DNA of 16,718 nucleotides from an uncultured Deinococcales bacterium (GTDB lineage Bacteria; Deinococcota; Deinococci; Deinococcales; JAAFIG01). The stretch spans positions 1 through 16,718 of the forward strand of contig CAXTKV010000104.1 of the NCBI GenBank assembly GCA_964244895.1, given 5' to 3'. Made by a program: the position numbers and the translations under genes. Below, piece by piece: positions 9,002 to 15,390 of the stretch (position 1 is its first letter; the number at the start of each line of letters is the position of its first letter). The notes beneath the pieces are model-generated. The model was not told where the DNA came from. It ran no database searches and saw nothing but the letters and a program-made list of their open reading frames with translations.

Positions 9002-9706
9002 TTACCAGGCCAGGGCTTTGGCGTCGCGGAAGAACCCGCCCGTCGGCCCGCCGTCAGGCAGGGTGGCGGCCCAGACGATGCCCTTCGCGCCCTGCGGCAC
9101 GGAGCGCGAAGCGCCCGCGCCGCCCATGTCCGTTCTGACCCAGCCCGGACAGACGGCGTTGACCAGCACGCCAGTTCCCGCGACTGCGTCCGCTGTCGAG
9201 CGCGTCAGGGCGTTCAGCGCGGCCTTGGATGCGCTGTAACTGGGCGCGTAATCGCTCATGTTGGATAACTGCCCGGCGCTCGAGGAGACGTTCACCACCC
9301 GTCCCCAGCCGCGTTCGACCATGACTGGCACGAGCGCGCCGCACAGCGCGACCGGCGCGAACAGGTTCGTCTCGAAGGTCGCGCGCCAGGTCGCAAGCGG
9401 TACGTCGAGCGTGCCGATGCCTTCATCCAGGTACAGGGCGGCGTTGTTGACCAGGATGTCCAGCCCACCGAATTCGCGCGTCAAAAATACTCTCAAGCTC
9501 GAGATCCCCGTTTGACTGGTGACATCCAGCCCGAAAAAGCTCGCCTCGAGCCCATCCGCGCGCAGTTCTGCCACCGCCGCCCGACCTTTGGCTTCGTCCC
9601 TGGCGGTCAGGATCACGCGGTGTCCCAGCGCGGCCAGTTGCCGCGCCGTCTCGAGCCCCAGACCTCGATTCGCGCCCGTCACGACACAGATTCGCGCTTC
9701 GCTCAT
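9002..9706 (-). CDS. Short-chain dehydrogenase/reductase (carbonyl reductase-like)
   Basis: Motifs TGANRGLG, LVNNAA, NVSS, YSASK and VCPGWVRTDMG. The real start is probably MSEARI (ATG 9706), with GATACT-N6 upstream. Confidence 0.93.
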   Translation of the reverse strand: MSEARICVVTGANRGLGLETARQLAALGHRVILTARDEAKGRAAVAELRADGLEASFFGLDVTSQTGISSLRVFLTREFGGLDILVNNAALYLDEGIGTLDVPLATWRATFETNLFAPVALCGALVPVMVERGWGRVVNVSSSAGQLSNMSDYAPSYSASKAALNALTRSTADAVAGTGVLVNAVCPGWVRTDMGGAGASRSVPQGAKGIVWAATLPDGGPTGGFFRDAKALAW

Positions 9707-9747
9707 GCCGCCAGTATCGCACGGCTCGAGGGAGCGTAAAAGAAAAC

Positions 9748-9797
9748 ACCGTCCAGGACGGTGTTTTCTCTCGATCAAGATGTGCGTCTGGGACGGT
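9748..9797. repeat. Two-box intergenic element, copy 6 (35-bp spacing)
   Basis: Box 1 is the perfect consensus accgtcc-a-ggacggt and extends to 14-bp arms (9741-9769); box 2 is tgcgtct-g-ggacggt (9783-9797). Confidence 0.85.
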
Positions 9798-9879
9798 GTC
9801 CCTTGCGATGGCTCGATCTCGATACGGTCAGAACCGAACGCGAAGCTCGAGCCTTCAAAATCGCGCTGGACGTTGCGCT

Positions 9880-10545
9880 TTACGATTGCCCGAGATGCTT
9901 TTTCATGGCGGCCAGTTCGTCGTCGATTTCCTTGTCGCGGCCCAGATCGGCCAGCTGTGCGTCCAGATCGCCATCCTTTGAAAGCTGCGAGCGCGCCGCG
10001 CCCCGATCCTCCATGCCCTGCACCTTGTTTTCCATGCGCTCGAACGCGCCGACCGCGCCCGTGGCCTTGTCGAAACCCGAAACCTTATCGAGCGTCTCTC
10101 CGGCCTGCGCGACCGTCTGGCGCGCCTGAAGGAGCTTCTTGCGGTTCTCGAACTCGTCGATCTTGCCCTCGAGCGCCCGCAGTTGGGTTTTCAGGTTTTC
10201 CACGATGGCGTTCTGCTTGTCCAACTGCTGCGCGAAGGCGATGGCCATGTCATCGAAGTTCTTCTTGCGTTTCAGGGCCTCGCGCGCCAGGTCGTCCCGC
10301 CCGGCTTTCAGCGCGTCCTCGGCTTTGGATTTGTACTCGAGCGCCAACGACTGGTTTTCCTTGACTTCCCGATCCAGCTTGATGACTTCCGCCATCGCGC
10401 CCGAGACCTCCGTGCGCGCCTGCGCGTAAGCGTTTCGCATGTCCAGAATCGCCTGTTCGACGATTTTCTGCGGGTCTTCAGCCTTTGAAATCAAATCGTT
10501 GATGTTGGCGCGCAGCAGCATGGACAACCGATCCAGAATGCTCAT
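9880..10545 (-). CDS. pspA: PspA/IM30 family protein
   Basis: MSILDRLS..RANINDLISKAEDPQK, GRDDLAREAL, AFERMENKV and C-terminal IDDELAAMK; GGAGG SD before ATG 10545. Confidence 0.92.
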   Translation of the reverse strand: MSILDRLSMLLRANINDLISKAEDPQKIVEQAILDMRNAYAQARTEVSGAMAEVIKLDREVKENQSLALEYKSKAEDALKAGRDDLAREALKRKKNFDDMAIAFAQQLDKQNAIVENLKTQLRALEGKIDEFENRKKLLQARQTVAQAGETLDKVSGFDKATGAVGAFERMENKVQGMEDRGAARSQLSKDGDLDAQLADLGRDKEIDDELAAMKKHLGQS

Positions 10546-10676
10546 GGTGTTCCTCCGATGGTTCAGTACGCCGTGAATCCTTCTCGGGTTCCAGCCTAAA
10601 ACCGGGGCGTGAGAACTCGAGGATTGGTCGGGAGGCGACGCTGCCAACGACCCGCGGCCCTCGAGAGCGCGTTCGT

Positions 10677-10701
10677 GTAGGGGCAACCCTCGTGGTTGCC
10701 C
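10677..10701 (+). repeat. GTAG-type REP element
   Basis: GTAG-GGGCAACC-ctcgt-GGTTGCCC; a near-identical copy lies at 14496-14520. Confidence 0.8.
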
Positions 10702-10799
10702 TCGAGCGGGAACGATCCCTCGAGCTTCAGCCTGAACTCACGAACCGCTCGAGATTCGTGCCCGATGTTCGCAAGACACCCGAAGCCCAAACAGCAAAC

Positions 10800-10840
10800 A
10801 CCGTCCGGTACGGGTTCCCGATAAATGCGTGTGGGACGGT
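10800..10840. repeat. Two-box intergenic element, copy 7 (26-bp spacing)
   Basis: Boxes accgtcc-g-gtacggg (10800-10814) and tgcgtgt-g-ggacggt (10826-10840); CTCGAG at 10844. Confidence 0.8.
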
Positions 10841-10851
10841 GTTCTCGAGCT

Positions 10852-11154
10852 TCAGATCGTGCGAAGCAACCAGAAGGCCGCCATCCCGACCAGCACCGCG
10901 ACCCACAACTGCCTGGCGCGCCACGCAGCCACCGCGCCGAGTATCGCGGCGATCACGCGCGGCAACCATTCGCCGCGCGTTCCAGGGATTTGTGGCACGA
11001 CCAGCGCGGCGAACACCGCGATGGGCACAAAACGCAAGAAGCGCAACCAGAACGGCGGTAAATCCCCGCGCAGCATCATGCCCGCGTATCGCGAGCCGAA
11101 GGTCACGACCAGCATCCCCAGGAAGGTCAGGAACACATCCAATCTGACGGTCAC
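10852..11154 (-). CDS. azlD: AzlD domain-containing protein (branched-chain amino acid exporter, small subunit)
   Basis: 100-aa hydrophobic protein with GMLVVTFGSRY and LRFVPIAVFAALVVP, located downstream of azlC. Confidence 0.85.
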   Translation of the reverse strand: MTVRLDVFLTFLGMLVVTFGSRYAGMMLRGDLPPFWLRFLRFVPIAVFAALVVPQIPGTRGEWLPRVIAAILGAVAAWRARQLWVAVLVGMAAFWLLRTI

Positions 11155-11252
11155 GCTGGCCTCGCGTGCGCGCGTTTCACGCTCTGCTCAACCGCGCGTT
11201 TCACGCCGTGCCCCCCCGCGCGTTTCACGCCGTGCCCCCCCGCGCGTTTCAC
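11151..11252 (-). other. Putative 33-codon relay mini-ORF, GTGA-coupled to azlC and to azlD
   Basis: GTG at 11252 overlaps the azlC TGA; its TGA (11151-11153) overlaps the azlD GTG (11154). It encodes (M)KRAGGHG VKRAGGHG VKRAVEQS VKRAHARPA. Confidence 0.4.
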
Positions 11253-11254
11253 GC
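11169..11254. repeat. 24-bp-period tandem repeat, 4 copies
   Basis: cgcgcgtttcacgc at 11169, 11193, 11217 and 11241; two units carry C7 tracts. Confidence 0.92.
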
Positions 11255-11965
11255 GACCTCCCTGACCGCATCCTCGAGGCTGGGTTGCGGTGGCGCTTCG
11301 TTGCGCGTCAGGTACGCGCCCAGCAAACTGCCCGCGATGCCCGTCAGCAGAATCGGCAGGCCGCCCGGCAGAACCCTGGAAAGCCCGAACGCCAGCGCCC
11401 CGGAAACCACCGCCACCGTCAGCGAGGCCCGAGATTGCAGCATCGGGATCAAGAGCGCCAGAAACGACAACGGGAACACGAAATCCACGCCCAGCGCGCT
11501 CGGATCGGGGATCACCGACCCGGCCAGCGCCCCGACCAGCGTGCAAATGTTCCAGCAGACGAACAGGCTCAATTCCGCGCCCAGCACGAACAAAAAGCTG
11601 CGTTCCCTGGCGCCGATGACCATGCCGTAGGCTTCGTCCGTCAGGAAGTACGCGGTGATGGCGCGTTCCGGACCGGACAGTTTGACCTCGCGGCTGAGGC
11701 TCAGGCCGTACAGCACGTGGCGGACGTTCAACAAGAAGGCCGTCAGGACGATCGAGAAGGTGCTGCCGCCGGATGCGAACAATCCCGCCGCGCTGAACTG
11801 GCTGGCGCCCGCGAAGACCATCACGCTCATCAGGCAGGTTTCCAGCACGGACAGTCCCGCCGCCCGCGCGGTCACGGCGTAGGCCAGCGCGAACGGCACG
11901 ATGCCGAGATACAACGGAAACATCAATCTGAAGCCTCGGGTGAAGGCTGGAAGAGAGGAACGCAT
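11249..11965 (-). CDS. azlC: AzlC family branched-chain amino acid exporter permease
   Basis: Motifs MSVMVFAGASQF, LNVRHVLYGLSL, LTDEAY and GVDFVFP..FLALL. Confidence 0.93.
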   Translation of the reverse strand: MRSSLPAFTRGFRLMFPLYLGIVPFALAYAVTARAAGLSVLETCLMSVMVFAGASQFSAAGLFASGGSTFSIVLTAFLLNVRHVLYGLSLSREVKLSGPERAITAYFLTDEAYGMVIGARERSFLFVLGAELSLFVCWNICTLVGALAGSVIPDPSALGVDFVFPLSFLALLIPMLQSRASLTVAVVSGALAFGLSRVLPGGLPILLTGIAGSLLGAYLTRNEAPPQPSLEDAVREVA

Positions 11966-11971
11966 CGCTCG

Positions 11972-11977
11972 AGGTTA
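11972..11977 (-). promoter_or_regulatory. -10 box (TAACCT) 6 nt upstream of the azlC ATG, probable leaderless promoter
   Basis: Minus strand reads TAACCT-cgagcg-ATG; overlaps CTCGAG at 11968-11973. Confidence 0.65.
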
Positions 11978-12009
11978 ACCTGAGCGCCCACGTCACGAGT
12001 GCGTGCGGA

Positions 12010-12037
12010 TCAGAGGTCAGGAGTCAGAGCTTAGAGG
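12010..12037. repeat. Imperfect heptamer tandem repeat, 4 units
   Basis: TCAGAGG TCAGGAG TCAGAGC TTAGAGG. Confidence 0.5.
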
Positions 12038-12040
12038 AAA

Positions 12041-12090
12041 ACCGTTCTGGACGGCGTTCTGGAGGTGCAGAAATTCGCGTGTGGGACGGT
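12041..12090. repeat. Two-box intergenic element, copy 8 (35-bp spacing)
   Basis: Boxes accgttc-t-ggacggc (12041-12055) and cgcgtgt-g-ggacggt (12076-12090), in a divergent promoter region. Confidence 0.8.
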
Positions 12091-12186
12091 GTTCTCGGAG
12101 TTTTGACCGGAGGGCTCGGGAAGGCAGCCCTCGCCTCGAGATGCGCCATCGTCGCCCAGCCTCGAGAAGCGGCTTCGAAAGCTTGC

Positions 12187-12192
12187 TAAAAT
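12187..12192 (+). promoter_or_regulatory. -10 box (TAAAAT) 6 nt upstream of GTG, probable leaderless promoter
   Basis: TAAAAT-ctctgt-GTG(12199). Confidence 0.65.
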
Positions 12193-12198
12193 CTCTGT

Positions 12199-12597
12199 GT
12201 GCAGACGATTGAACTGATCGAGCGCTACTACGCCGCCTTCAATAACGCCGACTGGGACGGGATGCTCGAGTTGATGACGGACGACGTGGCGCACGACCTC
12301 AACGAGAGCCGGCGCGAGGTCGGGCGGGATGCCTTCAGACGGTTTTTCGAGCGCATGAACCGGTCTTACCGCGAACGCATCGAGGCCGTCACGCCGATGG
12401 TCTCGGCGGATGGGGCGCGCGCCAGCGCGGAATACATCGTGTCCGGCACGTACCTGGAAACCGACGCGGGCCTGCCCGAAGCGCGCGGTCAGACGTACCG
12501 TTTGCCCGGCGGCGCGTTCTTCGACCTGCGAGACGGCAAGATTGCGCGCGTCACGAATTACTACAACCTTCAGGACTGGATCGAGCAGGTGTCGTGA
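12199..12597 (+). CDS. SnoaL-like / ketosteroid isomerase-related (NTF2-fold) protein
   Basis: 132 aa with YYAAFN..DWDGMLELMTDDV, GRDAFRRF and DGKIARVTNYYN. Confidence 0.88.
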   Translation: MQTIELIERYYAAFNNADWDGMLELMTDDVAHDLNESRREVGRDAFRRFFERMNRSYRERIEAVTPMVSADGARASAEYIVSGTYLETDAGLPEARGQTYRLPGGAFFDLRDGKIARVTNYYNLQDWIEQVS

Positions 12598-13298
12598 CGA
12601 AGACTTCTGCCCTCGAGATCACCGAACTGATCGGGCCGCACATTGAGCGCGCCATTCCCGATCTGGCCGCCTTGCGGATTCGCGTTTTCCGCGATTGGCC
12701 GTACCTCTACGACGGATCGCTGGACTACGAAATGAATTACTTGAAGACTTACACGGCCTGCCCTGAAAGCCTGGTCGTGACCGTCAAGGACGGTGCTCGC
12801 GTGGTCGGAGCCTCGAGCGCGCTGCCGCTCTCGGCGGAAACGGTTGAATTCAAACGCCCGTTCCTCGAGCGCAATCTGGACGTGAACCGCGTGTTCTACC
12901 TGGCGGAAAGCGTGCTGCTGCCCTCGTACCGTGGGCGCGGCCTGGGCGTGCGCTTTTTTCAGGCCAGAGAAGCCCACGCGCGCCGTCTGGGAGGCTTCAA
13001 CCTGGCGGCCTTCTGCGCGGTCGAACGCCCACAGGATCACCCGGCCAGACCCGCCAGCGCCGCGCCGCTCGATGCGTTCTGGCACAGACGCGGGTACGTC
13101 AGGCAGTCCGAGTTGCGCGCGGCGTTCGCTTGGCGCGACCTGGGCGAATCGCAGGAGACCGAGAAACCCATGATTTTCTGGCTGAAGGACCTGAACGCGC
13201 CAGTGCTTGAAAATGCCGCGCCTGAAAACGCTGCGCCCGAAGACGCCATGCTCGAGAAGCTCGAGCGCGGCATAACGGATCGCTCGGGGCTCGCGTGA
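12594..13298 (+). CDS. GNAT family N-acetyltransferase
   Basis: LRIRVFRDWPYLYDG and ESVLLPSYRGRGLG; GTGA overlap with the upstream gene. Confidence 0.88.
   Translation: MTKTSALEITELIGPHIERAIPDLAALRIRVFRDWPYLYDGSLDYEMNYLKTYTACPESLVVTVKDGARVVGASSALPLSAETVEFKRPFLERNLDVNRVFYLAESVLLPSYRGRGLGVRFFQAREAHARRLGGFNLAAFCAVERPQDHPARPASAAPLDAFWHRRGYVRQSELRAAFAWRDLGESQETEKPMIFWLKDLNAPVLENAAPENAAPEDAMLEKLERGITDRSGLA
13206..13250. repeat. 15-bp imperfect tandem repeat in the GNAT C-terminal tail
   Basis: cttgaaaatgccgcg / cctgaaaacgctgcg / cccgaagacgccatg, encoding LENAA-PENAA-PEDAM. Confidence 0.7.
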
Positions 13299-14179
13299 GC
13301 TTCCGCATCGCCGCCGCGCAGTACCCGGTCAGCGCCCTGGCGGATTTTGACGACTACGCCGAAAAGATCGGCGCGTGGTTCCAGGATGCCGCCGACGGCG
13401 GCGCGAACGTGATCGTCTTTCCCGAGTACGCCAGCCTGGAATTGACATCGTTCATGAAGGCGGACGTGAACGACATCGCCGGGCAACTGGTCGAATTGCA
13501 AACCGCGCTGCCCGGCGTGATTGAACTTCACGCGAACCTGGCGCGAGCCCACAACCTGTACGCGCTCGGGGCGTCGTACCCGGTTTTTGAGGGTGGGCGC
13601 TACCTCAACCGCGCGCATTTCTTCGCGCCGGACGGACGCGCGCTCCACCAGGACAAGATCGTCATGACCCGCTTCGAACGCGAGGAATGGGGCATCTCCG
13701 GCGGGACGGAACTGCGGGTGTTCGACACGGAGTTTGGGCGCGTCGGCGTCAGCATCTGCTACGACGTGGAATTCCCGTTGATCGCGCGCGCTCAGGTGAA
13801 TGCCGGAGCGGACGCGCTGCTCGTCCCGAGTTGCACGCAATTCGCGACCGGCTACCACCGCGTGCGCGTCGGTGCTCGCGCCCGCGCCCTCGAGAACCAG
13901 TGCTACGCCGTGCAATCCCCGTTGATCGGTCAAGCGCCGTGGACGTACGCCCTGGAGCAAGCCACCGGTGCGGCTGGCGTGTTCGCACCGATCGAATCGC
14001 GCTTCTCAGATGACGGCGTGATCGCCGAAGGTGTGACCGACGCGACCGGCTGGGTCTACGCAGACCTCGACCTGGAGGCCCTGCGCGAATCCCGCCGGGA
14101 TGGTGAAACCCTCAACTCGCGCGACTGGAATGAAAGCGCAACGATTGGCGGTGTGAAAGTTTCCCTCGAGAAATTCTGA
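13295..14179 (+). CDS. Carbon-nitrogen hydrolase (nitrilase superfamily) protein
   Basis: Catalytic E-K-C contexts VFPEY, HQDK and ICYDVEFP, plus ARARALENQCY; GTGA overlap with the GNAT gene. Confidence 0.93.
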   Translation: MSFRIAAAQYPVSALADFDDYAEKIGAWFQDAADGGANVIVFPEYASLELTSFMKADVNDIAGQLVELQTALPGVIELHANLARAHNLYALGASYPVFEGGRYLNRAHFFAPDGRALHQDKIVMTRFEREEWGISGGTELRVFDTEFGRVGVSICYDVEFPLIARAQVNAGADALLVPSCTQFATGYHRVRVGARARALENQCYAVQSPLIGQAPWTYALEQATGAAGVFAPIESRFSDDGVIAEGVTDATGWVYADLDLEALRESRRDGETLNSRDWNESATIGGVKVSLEKF

Positions 14180-14185
14180 AGGAAC

Positions 14186-14235
14186 ACCGTCCAGGACAGT
14201 CTTCCTTCGGGCTCGAGATGTGCGTGCAGCACGGT
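14186..14235. repeat. Two-box intergenic element, copy 9 (35-bp spacing)
   Basis: Boxes accgtcc-a-ggacagt (14186-14200) and tgcgtgc-a-gcacggt (14221-14235); CTCGAG at 14212 and 14239. Confidence 0.8.
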
Positions 14236-14457
14236 CTTCTCGAGAAGGGTTCTCAGGTTTGAGGCGTCCTGGAGCGGCGCGCAGAAACGTTGAAGCGATG
14301 TCGGCTGCCTGTAAACTCGAGCTGTTCTGCCTCAACCTCTCTGAATACCGCTATCAATCGGGAAACCGCCACTTCGTTGTGGGCGCGTCAAAAGTAATTC
14401 CGTCACCCTGAACGCAGTAGACTTCCTGCGAAAGCGGTCGGAAACGTCTCGAGTGAA

Positions 14458-14482
14458 GGGTAGGGACAAGCCCTACCCCTAC
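14458..14482 (-). repeat. GTAG-type REP element (reverse orientation, variant stem)
   Basis: Minus strand reads GTAG-GGGTAGGG-cttgt-CCCTACCC. Confidence 0.75.
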
Positions 14483-14495
14483 AACACCCTGTCCT

Positions 14496-14520
14496 GTAGG
14501 GGCAACCTTCATGGTTGCCC
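14496..14520 (+). repeat. GTAG-type REP element
   Basis: GTAG-GGGCAACC-ttcat-GGTTGCCC; same stem as 10677-10701. Confidence 0.8.
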
Positions 14521-14704
14521 TCGCGCGAACACGTTCTGGGGACTGACTTTTTCAAGAGGTCTAGTGAAGGGTTTTCCAGATTCCTGGAAGTCGAGGACAC
14601 CATTCTGGGCGACGTTGCGTGCCCGAGCGACGGCGAAAGATTCTTCGTCGCGCCTCCTCGGAATGACGGCCAGGAACTCGAGATTTACCCTCCGACGTTT
14701 CGCG

Positions 14705-15367
14705 TTAAACCCCAGCGATCAACGCTGGCAACTCGAGCATGTCGCTGAAAACGAGCGCCGCTCCAGCGTCCAGCAAACGTTCCGCGTGACCGTCCCTGAT
14801 GTGGCTGCCGCCGGTGAAGCCGAAGGCCGCCATGCCCGCTGCAACAGCGCCCTGGACTCCGGCCAGGCTGTCCTCGATCACGATGCAGCTTTCGGCTGGA
14901 ACCCGCATCTCTCGGGCAGCCAACAAGAATAAATCTGGCGCGGGCTTGCCGCGTGCGACCATCGTCGCGCTGAAGATCGCATCATCCTGAAAGCGCTCGA
15001 TCAGCCCGGTCTGGCGCAGCGCGAAACGAATCCGTTCCGGCGTGCTGCTCGAGGCCACGCAGCGCGGGAAGGGGAGACGCTCGAGCGCATCGGCGATGCC
15101 CAGGATCGGTTGGAGTTCGCGCACGAACGCCTCGAGCACCCGCGATTGTTTGCGCTCGAGAAAATCTGTAGGCAGCCTCAATCCGGTTTGCGCCTCGATG
15201 CCCAGAACCGTGTCGCGGGCGCTCTTGCCGACGTAACGGCGCATGTAATCCTCGAGTTCGAGATCGATCCCGAGGGTCTGCAACAAATCCAGATCGGACT
15301 GGTTCGAGAGCAATTCCGAATCCACCAGCACGCCGTCGCAGTCGAAGATCACCAATCCTGGCGTCAC
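14705..15367 (-). CDS. HAD family hydrolase (beta-PGM/CbbY-like, subfamily IA)
   Basis: Motif I IFDCDGVLVDSE, plus VASSS, GKPAPDLF and VIEDSLAGVQGA. GGAGG lies 8 nt upstream of GTG 15367; an alternative coupled GTG is at 15394. Confidence 0.92.
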   Translation of the reverse strand: MTPGLVIFDCDGVLVDSELLSNQSDLDLLQTLGIDLELEDYMRRYVGKSARDTVLGIEAQTGLRLPTDFLERKQSRVLEAFVRELQPILGIADALERLPFPRCVASSSTPERIRFALRQTGLIERFQDDAIFSATMVARGKPAPDLFLLAAREMRVPAESCIVIEDSLAGVQGAVAAGMAAFGFTGGSHIRDGHAERLLDAGAALVFSDMLELPALIAGV

Positions 15368-15390
15368 GCGCAGAACCTCCCGGACGGGGC

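Larger units (their letters stand above)
14419..14562. mobile_element. Putative MITE (144 bp, non-autonomous)
   Basis: Terminal inverted repeats AGACTTCCTGCGAAAG and CTTTTTCAAGAGGTCT (12/16 match), flanked by AGT direct repeats (14416-14418, 14563-14565); no transposase. Confidence 0.6.
14400..14669. repeat. CGTC-type palindromic repeat with its left arm interrupted by an insertion
   Basis: Ends are CCGTCA and TGACGG. The left arm reconstitutes to ccgtcaccctgaacgcagtgaagggt after removing 14419-14565; the right arm is agattcttcgtcgcgcctcctcggaatgacgg. Confidence 0.6.

Noticed and set aside
5308..9797. Two-box elements as ordinary Rho-independent terminators
   Set aside because: Most lack a U-tract and have long unpaired centres, and some lie between divergent genes. 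Individual copies (5308-5353, 9741-9769) might still terminate transcription.
11169..11254. Possible CRISPR array (also considered for 16613-16684 and the CTCGAG clusters)
   Set aside because: Units are 24-bp tandem repeats with 10-bp or no spacers, some of them identical. There are no cas genes or leader, and CTCGAG spacing is irregular.
10829..11996. 384-aa plus-strand ORF and 281-aa alternative-frame minus ORF
   Set aside because: Both overlap azlC/azlD and are Arg/Ala/Pro-rich without motifs. Only the last 33 codons of the minus ORF were kept, as a possible relay.
14452..14572. 10-bp direct repeat AGTGAAGGGT as a target duplication of a different insertion
   Set aside because: The enclosed segment has no matching inverted ends, and part of the first copy belongs to the REP stem. 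The TIR plus AGT model also restores the outer repeat arm.
14220..14932. Short ORFs across the nitrilase-HAD gap
   Set aside because: They translate repeat DNA (the EGNHEGCPY peptide recurs at the other REP) and lack start signals.
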